Assembly (NCBI GenBank): GCA_965645245.1 | Contig: OZ287071.1 | Span: 1,302,001 to 1,366,000 of the forward strand | DNA: 64,000 bases | Reading direction: 5' to 3' | Origin: Massalongia carnosa | Lineage: Eukaryota | In this document: positions 1 through 12,404 of the stretch, in pieces | How the letters are laid out: each line of letters opens with the position of its first letter | How positions within the stretch are numbered: the first letter of the stretch is position 1 | Notes under the pieces: model-generated | The model's database searches: none | What the model was told of the DNA's origin: nothing | Seen by the model: the letters and a program-made list of their open reading frames with translations, nothing else | Translations under genes and position numbers: made by a program

Positions 1-863
1 ATGGCTTCCAGCACAAGACCGGTGATGACGGGTTGTGACAGATTTAACGCTGCAACCTTGGCTACTTCTGCTGCAGTTGATCTGACTTGTCGAGTGTTAA
101 CTAGTAGAAAACGCAGCTCAGGAAAACTGTACAGCGGTGTGACGTTGGGCGCTTTGGTGTAATCCTTGCGTTTGAAAAGGACAGCCTTCCCGCCAGTTGA
201 AACAGTATTGTCCACCCCACTAGGGTTTCCATGGATGCACATCTCTCCTACAAATGCCCATCTGTTTATTCGTTCGATCTGTAGCTCGGCTTCCTCACGG
301 GGCTGATCGGGATGAGGTCCTGAAAGTGTGCGCAGCTGAAGAAGAAGTGCCGAACTCAGGCAAACGCTTATACTTGCGCTACTTCCTAGACCAGCCCCTA
401 TCGGCAAAGTAGACCGCAAAGTATAAATACAACCGGGGAAGCTCTGAGAGCCTAGCGAGAGAAACAGATATAGAAACGCCGAGGCTGCAGCTTGATGTAT
501 CTTTCGGTTTTCAGGCGAAGCATTTGGCGAAACGCTGGCAAGATGTGGTCTCATGGCCTCAACAAGGTCAGGATCGAGTGAGGTTACTAGATCATAATAA
601 AACTTCTTTTTGGAAGGATGCGAGAAGGTTGCCCATGGTAAATCATCAATCCTCCACGTGTGATGAAATAATATGTCCGGAAATCTTAGGGTTATAATCC
701 TGTCGGTTTTCGACAAAGCAGTCACTAGCAAGTAGGAACGGAGAGATATCGCTGCTGCTATGGCAGATTTTCCGTGTACCACCGCGTGTTCTCCAAAGAG
801 TATGACCTTGCCAGGCGCAGAGGTAAGAAAACTTGGCATCACTGGCGTCATCCTGACGGTCAT
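1..863 (-). CDS. ERG12: Mevalonate kinase (GHMP family), 3' end runs off the window
   Basis: Minus-strand translation from ATG 863: MTVRMTPVMPSFLTSAPGKVILFGEHAVVHGKSAIAAAISLR..., GHMP ATP loop STLPIGAGLGSSA (~370-415) and HGNPSGVDNTVST (~200-240). It is missing from the ORF track because the stop lies outside the window. Confidence 0.93.
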   Translation of the reverse strand, partial: MTVRMTPVMPSFLTSAPGKVILFGEHAVVHGKSAIAAAISLRSYLLVTALSKTDRIITLRFPDILFHHTWRIDDLPWATFSHPSKKKFYYDLVTSLDPDLVEAMRPHLASVSPNASPENRKIHQAAASAFLYLFLSLGSQSFPGCIYTLRSTLPIGAGLGSSASISVCLSSALLLQLRTLSGPHPDQPREEAELQIERINRWAFVGEMCIHGNPSGVDNTVSTGGKAVLFKRKDYTKAPNVTPLYSFPELRFLLVNTRQVRSTAAEVAKVAALNLSQPVITGLVLEA

Positions 864-1394
864 ACTTTCAACGAGTCTGCCAGGCACCAGCTTTAATATT
901 AATCAAGCGCAAAATTGCTGAAGGAATAGGAATTGGTGGCAATGAAGTCGGATGATAATCAGACGCTCCAAAAAGAACTACTCACTAAGCGTCAGCGGAG
1001 ACATTTCTTGAAGGATTGAAACTAAAGGAGAAGATGAAAGTAATTGAAAGACGAGAAAGATTTATAACACTGATTTAATTGTTACTAGACAGTATTTGAG
1101 TGGTTAAAGCTTTGCTGGGCTCGCTGAGTAAGTGTTAAGCGTTTTTGAATGACGATATGATGAGATGTCCTCGAAAATAAAAGAAGTTCGGTCCCGATGC
1201 TTTTGGACACGCCGAAGCGGCTTAGATGAGCCGTGTAACTATGTCGCACCGCACGAGGTCATGTGAGATCCCGCGTCCGGGTACCTGGCTAATGTGTGAA
1301 TGTTTATCCGGTCCGATCCATATGTGGCTTCAACAAGTCGTACGGTATTGCTTGCTTACTTCCTATTTTCAGGATCAGTTGATATAACGCAATC

Positions 1395-2983
1395 ATGGAT
1401 ATGCTTCAAGTGAGCGGACCTCCTTTGCAAATCCGAAGTGTTTCTAACAATTTATCATTACAGCGCCTTGGTCGACTTCTGGACAGACCCCAATTTCCAT
1501 GGAAGCGTCTGATTGTTGGCTTTTCCCTCGCGCAGTATATCCTTGAGAGCTTCCTCTCCTACCGCCAATACAGGGTATTGCAACAGAAGAAGCCGCCAAA
1601 AGCACTTCAAGGTGAAGTCTCGCAAGAAGTCTTCGAAAAAAGCCAGGTACGCTACCCTCCGTGGAGCACAGAAAGCTCTACTAACGCTTAATGATCAAGG
1701 CATACGGTCGGGCCAAAGCAGAATTTGGCTTTGTGTCCTCCTTGTATGGCCAGGTGCAGAACTATGGCATTATCTACTACGATGTCCTTCCGAAATTGTG
1801 GTCCCTCACTGGCATTTGGTTAACCCGCTATCTTCCTGCAAGTTATTCTGGGGAGATTATTCATACTTTGATATTCTTTTTCACTTTTAACATAATCACT
1901 ACGGCCTTGAACCTTCCGATTTCGTACTACAACAATTTTGTTGTTGAAGAAAAGTTTGGCTTTAATAAGCAGACTGTCAAGTTATGGGTTACCGACATGC
2001 TTAAAGGCCAAGCCCTGATGGTCGTCCTGGGGGCCCCTTTACTAAGCGGGTTCTTGGCGATTGTTCAGAAAACCGGGAACAGCTTCTTCTACTATCTCTG
2101 GTTGTTCTCCATTGTGGTCCAAGTTTTTGCAATCACAATCTATCCTATCGCCATCCTACCGTTGTTCAACAAGCTATCACCTCTTCAAGACGGGTCTCTG
2201 AAAACTAGCGTAGAGGGTTTGGCGAGGAGATTGAATTTTCCATTAAAGGAGCTTTATGTCATCGATGGCAGTAAGAGAAGTGCGCATAGCAACGCATATT
2301 TCTATGGATTACCGTGGAAGAAGCACATCGTCATATTTGATACACTTATTGAAAAAAGCGAGACTGAGGAGGTGGTTGCGGTTTTGAGCCATGAACTCGG
2401 ACACTGGAGCTTGGGCCATACAACAAAGTTATTCGGCATTGCTCAGGTGCATCCCCTTCTGATGTGACTTTGCGATGAAGCGCTAACTTATTTGGTTAGT
2501 TTCATATGTTTTACATATTCGCCTTGTTTTCAGTCTTCATCAACAACCGATCACTTTATCAATCATTCGGGTTCCATAAAGAGTTCCCCATCATCATTGG
2601 CTTAATTCTCTTCTCTGATGTACTTGCGCCGATGGACACCGTCGTGAAGCTCCTGATGAACGTTCTAAGCAGAAAGTTTGAATTTCAAGCAGGTGCGTTT
2701 TCTCATGATCTTCAATTGAAGCCTCCGTATGCTGATTTCATCACTAGATGAGTTTGCCGTCAAGCTTGGATATTCAAAGGAGCTGGCGAAGTCCTTGATC
2801 AAGCTGCAGATCCAGAATCTTAGCAGCATGGATGCCGATTGGATGTATTCGAGCTATCATTTCTCGCATCCCATTCTGCCAGAGAGATTGGGAGCCCTCG
2901 GATGGTACGGCAGTGAGAAGAAAACGGGTGAAAAGGAGGTTGATGCCGACAAGCCGGTCAAGGCTTCAGATAGAGAGTTGTAG
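1395..2983 (+). CDS. STE24: CAAX prenyl protease 1 (M48 zinc metalloprotease), 5 exons
   Basis: Introns ~1410-1463, 1647-1699, 2447-2500, 2693-2747 join the ORFs. Motifs EEKFGFNKQT, DGSKRSAHSNAYFYG, HELGH (HExxH), SHPILPERL; C-terminal DREL. Confidence 0.96.
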
Positions 2984-3104
2984 AACACCAAAATTCCAAT
3001 AACCGTCAATGCGAGTTTCTTGCATCTCTTTATGTCGCTAGTGATCCCCAAAGTGGCCGGGTTTGACTCCCGTTGATCCGTTTAGCGACTCACGTTCGAC
3101 GCGC

Positions 3105-3713
3105 TCAATATTCCGCCGCCCTCTCCCTTTTATTCTTCATCTCCTTTTCCCTTCTCTCCTGCAACCGCTTCTCTTTCTTCTTTTGCTTCCTCACGTCTTT
3201 GTCCCCAATACTCTTCGTTGCCTGCACCCTTGGCACCTCAACCTCCACCTCCCCACCCTTCACCTCCGCTCCAGCCCTCTCCTCTCCTTCGCCCCCCCTC
3301 CCAATCACAACTTGTTGCCGTTCAAACTCTCCTCGATCCTGCCACCCCTCCTCCTCCCGCGCCTCCTCCCCACCCTGATTTCTTCCATCCCAGTCTACTT
3401 GATTCCCGGGCCCGGGCCCCACCTGCAGTTCCGGCAACTCTTCCCCTCCGAATTTCTGAAACGTTAAATCGGCACCAAGATGCTCGCCTTGTAGCCCAGC
3501 TTGCACGCGGCGGAGGTTGTGCAGAATGAGCCCCATTGTGGAGCCGGAGGAGGGTGCGACTGGACCAGACTCGGTGAGGAGGGCGTTGGGATGCAGGGAG
3601 GGGTCGGTATTTGAGGCGGCCAGGTAGTTGGAAATGAGGGCGAGAGCGCGGGAGGGGGGAATACGCGTGGTGGAGTGGTTGTAGAGGGGCGGGTAGGAGG
3701 CGAACGATGCCAT
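3105..3713 (-). CDS. Probable RNA polymerase I subunit A14 (Rpa14/Ker1-like)
   Basis: 202-aa single-exon ORF. The helix pair ALALISNYL...LHNLRRVQAGLQG resembles Rpa14 (QLKRIQRDFKG), followed by a K/E/R-rich tail. Recognised by eye only. Confidence 0.55.
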   Translation of the reverse strand: MASFASYPPLYNHSTTRIPPSRALALISNYLAASNTDPSLHPNALLTESGPVAPSSGSTMGLILHNLRRVQAGLQGEHLGADLTFQKFGGEELPELQVGPGPGNQVDWDGRNQGGEEAREEEGWQDRGEFERQQVVIGRGGEGEERAGAEVKGGEVEVEVPRVQATKSIGDKDVRKQKKKEKRLQERREKEMKNKRERAAEY

Positions 3714-4332
3714 TTGTGCGTGTAGAATGTGAATGTGTAGCTATAGGCAAATGGTGCTATAGGTTATTTTTTTTGGATGGCTTGGCAAAATTAGAGTTGC
3801 GGTGTTGAGGGGCGGTCCCTTTAATTACGCTATTTCGATTGTCTTTCTCTATTTATTTATTTATTGATGCAAGTCAGTCCTCGCAGCTTCTTGTTGGTGT
3901 TTTCTATCGAGATGCTGGTTGTTTCTTCTGTTGCCTCTGCTGCAGATTACTTGCAAGATTGACGAGCGGCGAGTTTGAGGCGATCACTCTAATTCAGTGG
4001 GTGGGTAATGCCATAGAAAGTCCGATATATGTATACAACCTTTTCACCAGAATGGCTTGGAGTAAGCAGTTAATTAGTTACAGTTCTGTCCATTTCCCTC
4101 TAGTTTCTTAAGATATTTTAGATATTTAAGAACTAGAACCATTCAGGACTTGTTATGGACTTGGATACGATTGGCCTATTCAATCTTATTTTGTACCGGT
4201 GGATGATATCTGATGACCATTCCTGCCCCATCATGTACCCTTCGCTATGCATCAATCGAAAATCCCACACTCTCATCAAAGAACGCGATTGAGAAGCCTA
4301 AGAATTCTTCAAAATCAGATGCAAACAGGGCA

Positions 4333-4934
4333 CTATCTCGGAAACTTCTTCCATCCACGACCGTGTCCTCTCTATCCAATCTATTAGCGAAGCTATCACG
4401 GCAGAGATCAAGCCATCTTACCTGCTTCCAATCTTGTATCATCTTCGACATCCCCTCCATCGCTACCCGTCTCCGCTCTAGCTTTCCCTTCATCGTCCTT
4501 TCCCATTCTTTCCCCTTGACCCTTTGTCCAACACCCGTACCCTTTACACGTAGTCCGTGTTCAGCCCTCTTCTGGATCCTGGCCGCTGTACCTTTAGATG
4601 TAGGAGGAAGAAGCTCCTCAACTCCGTTTGCCCTAGCCATCTTCACAAGATCCGCCTGCCGTCTTAAAGAGTAGATGGGGTCTCGCCATAGTCCTGTTTC
4701 TGGATTTTTTTGTGATCGGAAGGGGTTTGGGAGGTCGGAAGGTTCGAGCGTGTGCTGGGCAGCTGCCTGGTGAATATTTGTGCTTTGATTGACTGTCGAA
4801 GTACTACTTGTAAAGGATGGAGTCGAAGCTGTTGTGGATGTGACGATTCGGGGTTGATACCGCGTGAGGAATCGCAATATCTGGGGGGGTAATGACCGTG
4901 CGAGCTTGATATATGATTGTGCCGTTGCCGCCAT
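4333..4934 (-). CDS. MRPL25: Mitochondrial large ribosomal subunit protein mL59 (YmL25), 2 exons
   Basis: NPF...WRDPIYSLRRQADLVKMA...RVKGTGVGQRVKGKEWER. Intron 4372-4421 (GTAAGA...GCTAAT...TAG) gives the terminal exon RGHGRGWKKFPR*. Confidence 0.88.
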
Positions 4935-5118
4935 TCTTTCGTTTACCGCGCAAGACCAACTTTCACCAAAAAGCTTTCAATCTACGAAGTAAGGCGACAG
5001 ACTTAGTTATACCCTAAGGGCTAAAGTTTTTCCGCTTACCGCTTTACCAATCAAAGTCCAGCGTTGCCAATGTCAGCCTTGAAATATCAACGGTTGGAAG
5101 CTCACAACAGAAATTAAA

Positions 5119-7697
5119 ATGGATGAACAACTTTTGAATGCCCAAGTTTTAAAGCTTACATCAGATAATATCGAGCGACCTTCATCCCCTCCGCCGCCTC
5201 CACCCGAATATCTTGCTCCTCCTCCACCACCGGAAGATTTACCCCCTCCGCCACCTCCTTCGTCTGCAAATGCACAGCCGCCTCCCCCTCCGCCAAGTGA
5301 GATAAGGAAGAAAAAAGCCATTGGCAGTGACTCTAATAGCAGAAAGCCATTGAGCGTTGAAGAGATCTTAAGGAAGAAGAAGGAGGCAGATGAAGCTGCT
5401 GCAAAGGTATGAATCCAAGCACAGTCGTTAAGTTATCTATATTCACCAAGCATTTTACTCTAGTAGTTACACGAGCAATACTAATAAGTACTTACTGGTT
5501 TAGCCCAAGTTTCTTTCAAAAGCTCAACGAGAAAAGCTAGCTCATGAAAAACGGGAGAAGGAGCTTGAAGAGCAGAAAAGGAAGATTCAACCTGGAGGCG
5601 CTACCTCCAAACCTAATTCGAACAGAACAAATGGTGTAGCACCATATCGGGGACGCAATTTTATTGCTGAAAAGTCTGCCAATGGGGTTGGGCGTCCTAC
5701 CATACCCACAGGCCCTCGGGCTTTACGGGTTGGTGAGATTCCAACTGGACCTGCCGCGATGCGGACGCCAACCCCAAACAAAGGCTATGATATGCATCCA
5801 CCACCACCATCTAAGCCGACTGTAAACGGTTCGTCTAGCGCCAGAGGTGACAAGCGGCCAGCTACCGAAGAAGCCCAGCAATCTTTAATTCGCCAACGCT
5901 ATATGGGTGCGGAACAAAACCAGTCAACGTTCTCTGCAAAAAAGAAACGAAGGCGTACTACAGAGAAGAAGTTTAATTTTGAATGGAATGCCGAAGAAGA
6001 TACGAGCCCAGACTACAATCCGCTATATCAAGCACGCGCGGAGGCTAATTTTTACGGCCGTGGACGTCTTGGGGGATTTGCCGAGGATGTCGCCGATGGT
6101 GTTGCTCGAAAATATGCTCGCGCGCTAGAAGAGAGGGATCACGAGTCTGGTAGCGCTAGAGCCAAGGAAATGATGGAGATGGAGAGGAGAAGGAAGGAAG
6201 AAGGTGGTCGAAACTCTCTTGATAAGCATTGGAGTGAAAAGAAATTAGAGCACATGCGCGAGAGAGACTGGAGAATATTCAAAGAGGACTTTAATATTAG
6301 CACCAAAGGCGGAGCTATCCCGAATCCTATGCGATCATGGGCAGAGTCCAATCTCCCAAAACGTCTTCTAGACGTTGTGGATCATGTTGGTTATACTGAG
6401 CCATCTGCGGTACAACGAGCGGCCATACCTATCGCGCTTCAATCAAGAGATCTCATTGGTGTTGCTGTCACAGGATCGGGTAAAACAGCTGCCTTCTTGC
6501 TCCCCCTATTGGTTTATATATCTGAATTGCCCGTCCTTAACGAGCTCACCAAAAACGACGGACCATATGCTATAATCTTGGCTCCAACCCGGGAACTGGC
6601 TCAGCAGATTGAAATCGAGGCAAAGAAATTTGCTACACCTCTTGGATTTACCTGCGTCAGTATTGTCGGAGGTCATTCCCTTGAAGAACAGGCTTACAAC
6701 TTAAGAGATGGCGCAGAGATTATTATCGCTACACCAGGCCGCTTAGTGGATTGTATAGAGAGGAGAGTGTTAGTACTCGGACAATGCTGCTATGTGATCA
6801 TGGATGAAGCCGACCGAATGATAGATCTTGGTTTTGAGGAGCCTGTCAATAAAATATTAGACGCTTTACCCGTGGCGAACATGAAGCCAGACTCGGAAGA
6901 GGCTGAGGATGCTGTTGTAATGAGCCAGCATCTGGGTGGGAAAGATCGATACAGGCAGACCATGATGTACACAGCTACAATGCCTTCAGCCGTGGAGCGT
7001 ATTGCAAGGAAATATCTACGCAGACCGGCTATCGTTACTATTGGAAACGTAGGCGAAGCCGTTGAAACCGTTGAACAACGTGTCGAGTTCGTCGCAGGGG
7101 AAGATAAGAGAAAGAAGCGTTTGCTTGAAGTACTATCTTCTAGAGAATTCCAGCCTCCAATCATTGTTTTCGTCAACATCAAGCGAAACTGCGATGCTGT
7201 TGCTCGTGATATTAAGCACATGGGATTCTCATCCGTCACCTTACATGGTAGCAAAACACAAGAGCAGCGAGAGGCAGCCTTGGCTTCTGTTCGCAGCGGT
7301 AATACTGACGTGCTAGTTGCTACCGATCTAGCCGGTAGAGGTATCGACGTGCCAGACGTCAGTCTAGTGGTGAACTTCAATATGGCAACTAACATCGAAA
7401 GTTATACGCATCGTATTGGTCGTACCGGTCGTGCTGGTAAGAGCGGTATTGCTCTCACCTTCCTGGGCAACGAAGACGCAGATGTCATGTAAGCTGTTCC
7501 CCAGCTCATAGCTTTTGGCTTTGCTAACAGCCGACAACAGGTACGATCTCAAGCAAATGCTTATGAAATCATCCATCTCAAGAGTGCCGGAGGAACTACG
7601 GAAACACGAGGCAGCGCAGCAAAAATCACAAAAGGGTGGGGGACAGAAGAAAATTGAGGACAGCAGCGGTTTTGCAGGGAAAGGGGGCTGGCAATGA
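5119..7697 (+). CDS. PRP28: Pre-mRNA-splicing DEAD-box helicase Prp28, 3 exons
   Basis: Introns 5407-5503 and 7489-7540. Motifs KFNFEW, MRERDWRIFKEDFNI, TGSGKT, PTRELAQQ, DEAD, HRIGRTGRAG. Confidence 0.96.
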
Positions 7698-8068
7698 TAG
7701 TAGTTTATACCCTGTAGAGTAAATCAAGAAATTGTGTGAAACCGTATTTACCATTCAACGAGGAATTCATTATTTGAGTGGTTGCTATTGAGGTAGATTT
7801 ACCACTTGAACCTTTTGTGATCCCATCGAGAAGACACAGTCGTAGACAATCTCGCAATTGTTATTGCTGCGGCGCGCTAGTGGATCACTTTCCTTACTAG
7901 TCTAGGTAACTACCTTTGCGGATGCGCATCTGAATAAACTTCACTTCTGCACATCTCCGCATTCCAACCTATCCTATATATCTGATACAGACCTTCCTAA
8001 TACCAAGTAACAAGTTTACTCGAAACCTTTGCTAGGTGATAAGTGTGGTGTACTTAGGTTTCCGTGCA

Positions 8069-10512
8069 ATGGCGGACTACAGCTTTGGCGGTACAGATGA
8101 AGAGAATGCTGAGCTGAAGAAGCTGAATGCTGAAGTTGTATGTCTTTGTTTTCTTAGTAAAAAGATTGTATTAACGACGGGCATAATCTAATAACTCGAA
8201 AAGCTCGAGGATCCTGATAGCTTCGAAAATTGGGAGAAACTTGTCCGCGCTGCAGAATCCCTAGAGGGCGGTCTCAATCGAAATTCCAGTCCCCAGTCGA
8301 TCGTCGCCACTAGAGATATATACGATCGTTTTCTAGCTAAATTCCCTTTACTATTTGGATATTGGAAGAAATATGCGGACCTAGAGTTTTCTATTGCTGG
8401 GACGGAGGCTGCAGAATTGGTAAGATTTTGGAATAATATGGAGAGGACCTGGAGTATAGGCTGAGTCTTTATAGGTCTACGAACGTGGTGTAGCCAGTAT
8501 CACAAATTCCGTGGATCTTTGGACAAATTACTGTGCATTCAAAGTCGAAACCAGTCATGATTCCGATGTGATCCGAGAGTAAGTAGAGCAAAGATACACT
8601 TTCCTTCCCATAACTCCAAGATTTACAGCTTGGAAATCTATCCGAAACCCAGTTTAGATTTGGACTTTCAACGATGGGCTTATAGACGGGTGAGAAAGTC
8701 ACACCAGACGTTGGAGATTGCTTCTCACACTTGACATTCAGGCGCTTTTGTTTCATTCGCTCACACGTTGACCACCTTCCGATATCCCATATTTGCGTTC
8801 GAAATGGTGTTTGATGGACTTCATCGGAGCTCCAAAATGATTTGAGCACTCCCACATTTTATGTTTGCTGCCCTCTCTGCCTTTTTCTTTACATATTTCT
8901 CCCTTCCCTTGATAAAGGCCTTTCGCTAATGTAGTCAACTCTAGGCTATTTGAAAGAAGTGCTGTCTGTGTAGGCCTGGATTTTCTAGCTCATCCTTTTT
9001 GGGATAAGTATCTAGAATTTGAGGAGCGTCTTGAGGCTCAGGACAAAATCTTTGCTATACTTGATCGTGTGGTCCATATTCCTATGCACCAGTATGCTCG
9101 CTATTTTGAGCGATATCGGCATCTTGCTCAGCTGAGGCCTCTACATGAGCTTTTGCCGGCAGATATGCTTGCTCAATTCCGGGCAGAGATTGAAAATGAG
9201 GGGCCAGCCACGGTCCAAGCGGGTTCGCAACAGATCAAAACCGAGCGAGGGGAGCTTGAAATTGAGCGAGAAATGAGAACTCGGATTGATAATTTCCATC
9301 TCGAAATTTTCTCCAGGACACAAACTGAGACAACCAAGCGTTGGACTTATGAGTCAGAGGTTAAGCGCCCTTACTTTCATGTTACCGAGCTAGACGAGGG
9401 CCAGCTGGTCAATTGGCGAAAGTACCTTGACTTTGAGGAGGTCGAGGGTGACTATATCAGAACGCAATTCTTATATGAGCGATGTTTAGTAACATGCGCT
9501 TACTATGACGAGTTCTGGCTACGCTATTCCAGATGGATGCTTGCACAACACGGCAAAGAGGAAGAAGTGCGCAACATCTACCAGAGAGCGAGTATGCTCT
9601 ACGTACCAATATCAAGACCAGCCGTACGCCTTCATTATGCATATTTCGAGGAAATGTCTGACCGCGTTGAGCTCGCGAAGGACATTCATGAGGCTATATT
9701 AGTCAATCTACCAGGTCACATCGAGACGATCATTTCGCTTGCAAATATGTCTCGCCGTCATGGGGGCCTTGAAGCAGCAATCGAAGTTTATAAAGCGCAG
9801 ATTGATCTACCTCAGCGTGACATTTACGCTAAAGCAGCTTTAGTTGCTGAATGGGCACGACTTCTTTGGAAAGTGAAAGGTTCTGTCGATGAGGCCCGCC
9901 AAGTTTTCCAGAAAAACCAGCACTGGTATCTTGACAGTAGAGCCTTTTGGATCAACTTTCTCATGTTTGAGTTGGAACAGCCAACAAGTGCTGAAACGGA
10001 AGCAACACAGTATAAGAGGATCAAACAAGTTCACGATGATATTCGGAGAAAGAGCCATTTGCCCCCTCTTACAATCAAGGATCTCACCCACTACTACATG
10101 ATCTATCTGCTAGAAAGGGGTACAAAAGACGCTGCCAAGGAGTATATGATGTTGGACCGAGAAGTGAATGGGTACGTGCCTTAATTATAGCGAATTTTTG
10201 ATATTGGATTTTTGATAATATACAGCTGACATATATTTAGCCCTTTTTCTGTTCAGACCGTAATGAAAGCGAAGCTTGCTGAGGATGGCAGAGAAGCCTC
10301 AACACAGCGACGTATGATGATGGAGAATGGACATCCAGGAGTTGAGGTGGACGAGGCGGCCATCCGCAGAGGAGAAAATCCCTATACTAAGTATTATCAG
10401 CAGCAGGGCGAGCAACAGCTACCCAGCGATGCTCAGGTATGATGCGGCCTTTCAGTCTACAGCCTAGGCTGACTACCAAATCTCACAGCCTCAACCTTTG
10501 CGATATCAGTGA
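8069..10512 (+). CDS. PRP39: U1 snRNP HAT-repeat protein Prp39, 6 exons
   Basis: Spliced model MADYSFGG.../LEDPDSFENWEKLV...FPLLFGYWKKYADLE/VYERGV...DVIRE/LFERS..GLDFLAHPFWDKY...EVKRPYFHV...NWRKYLDFEE. Introns start at 8138, 8420, 8579 (to 8944), 10172 and 10436 (to 10488). Confidence 0.94.
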
Positions 10513-11298
10513 ACTTTCAACATCCTTAATGGAAGCTATTTCTTTGTTGGTACGAAGCACCTGTGTCATTTGATTGGTGCTTCACTCATTGAGATTTGCT
10601 TTCCTTGGCGCTTCAATTTGAAAGTCTTGGAATCCCATGATAATAAATAGCTTTATCATGGAAATAAAGCTTCATGGAGTGTAAAACATTAGATTTGTAC
10701 GCAATGACGCGATTCTTTTACAAGTAGTTTCTTCTACACGCATACTACATCGAGCAAGGAACTAAGTTTGAAGAATGATTTCCTTTTATTGTTTAGTGGA
10801 GATGCTATTCGAGTGTACTTACATTATGAAATCCTCCCGCTGGTATTGGGATCCTTTCCAAGACATATTTTTTTTACATTACATTGCCCTTATGCCTTTT
10901 CAACTAGGACAATGAGCTTGCTGTAGGATTTAATCTTACTATGTTGTACTTCCGCTCATTTAGTATGTTCAGATTGGCAGATGGACTATTCTTGATCAGC
11001 AGTGAGCAAAAGGGCTAATGGTGGCTAATCTACATGCTTGGTTACTTTACTTCCCCTCAATCACTCCAGGTAGCTGGTGGCCTCTTAAAGCATTGATTGA
11101 TTAGGCGCGTTGAAAATAGTGGAAATAAGTGTTGTGGCATCAGCATCTATCATGCACTATCACTTACTAGCAGATAACACTCTCAGCACCCTTCAACATA
11201 CGACAAAGTTAGAACACAGCACGCTCACCTCAGCACCTTCTGTTACTGAGCCCAGTTCTTTCCACACTATAAAGACATCTTTGTACAATTCCAACGCC

Positions 11299-12404
11299 AT
11301 GGCTCCCAAAAAAATGAAGAAGCCCAAGAAAGCAAAGAGAAAGTCGGGTACGGGTGGTCCCTTTATCTGCCCCCTATGCAATAAAGGCTTTTCGCGCAGG
11401 GCTACGGTTAAAGAACCTCATTTCGGGACCTGCGTAGCGAGATTGGGAAATCCACATCGTTTACCTTGGGATGCTCATCAGAGTTGTTGGGCGAAGAGAC
11501 CTGGGAGGAGGCCAGGGCCATCAGGAACTGCGGCGCCCGGTGTTGAGAGGATATTAGCAGAGGATAAAGACAAAGAAGAAGAAGAAGAAGAAGAAGAAGA
11601 AGACGGGGACGAGGACATGCAGAGTGAAGCCAACGAGATAGAGGGGGAGCATAATGTATGGAGCTTTTCATGTGCCTAATACGTGTCGCCCAGGAAATTA
11701 AGCTAATCGGGTTGGTCAATTTGCAGGGGCTAGAAGAACGAATGGCAGCCAACATTAAGAAGGAGGATTACGAAAGAGAGGACGAGGGGGATATCAAAGC
11801 TGTGGACGTCTCAACTGGTTGGAGCTCTATTAATATTCCGCAAATACCGGTACGCATTATCGCGCCTTTAAGATGGCTCTCCTTCAAGCATAATAACTCA
11901 ACAGGTGCAAAATAATGGCCTGCCCTCCCCGAAACATTCCAGCGACCCTGAACCGCTATCAGCTATGGTCATGAACCAACTTGTCAACATACCAATCACG
12001 TCTTCTCGAGTTCATGCTGGCAAAGGCGACCTGGAGGCAATACAGATATGGGAACTTTGGAACGCAATGGTCTACTCCCCTAACTCTCTTCACCAACTCT
12101 AATTTTCTATATGCTAAGACGAGGTAAATGTATTTAGGTCCCTCCTGAGAATCCTCTTCCCACCGTCCAACCTCCCTGGATTGGAAGCGGGCAGAAGTTG
12201 AGGCAGCAATCGGTGGTTTGGCTGGCTCAGGATGTCTATTCATTGCTGTTAAGCCGGGCTCGGGGGTTAGGGGATCAATTGAGGATGGTGCTCAAGTGGA
12301 GGGAGATCACGAGTGATCTGGATGATGCGGCTGGAGTGGCAAAGATTCATGACATATTGATAAAGGCTCTGGGTGAGGAGGGTCCATTGATGTTGAGTGG
12401 GTAG
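11299..12404 (+). CDS. Hypothetical protein with N-terminal basic NLS, Cys/His zinc-finger-like motif and poly-Glu tract, ~4 exons
   Basis: MAPKKMKKPKKAKRK...FICPLCNKGFSRRATVKEPHFGTC. Consecutive ORFs can be joined by GT-AG introns (~11656-11726, ~11850-11903, ~12070-12137). A (GAA)n repeat encodes the Glu run. Confidence 0.6.

Noticed and set aside
8800..8850. Box C/D snoRNA in the long PRP39 intron
   Set aside because: No canonical RTGATGA...CTGA pair with a terminal stem was found by eye; an Rfam scan is still warranted.
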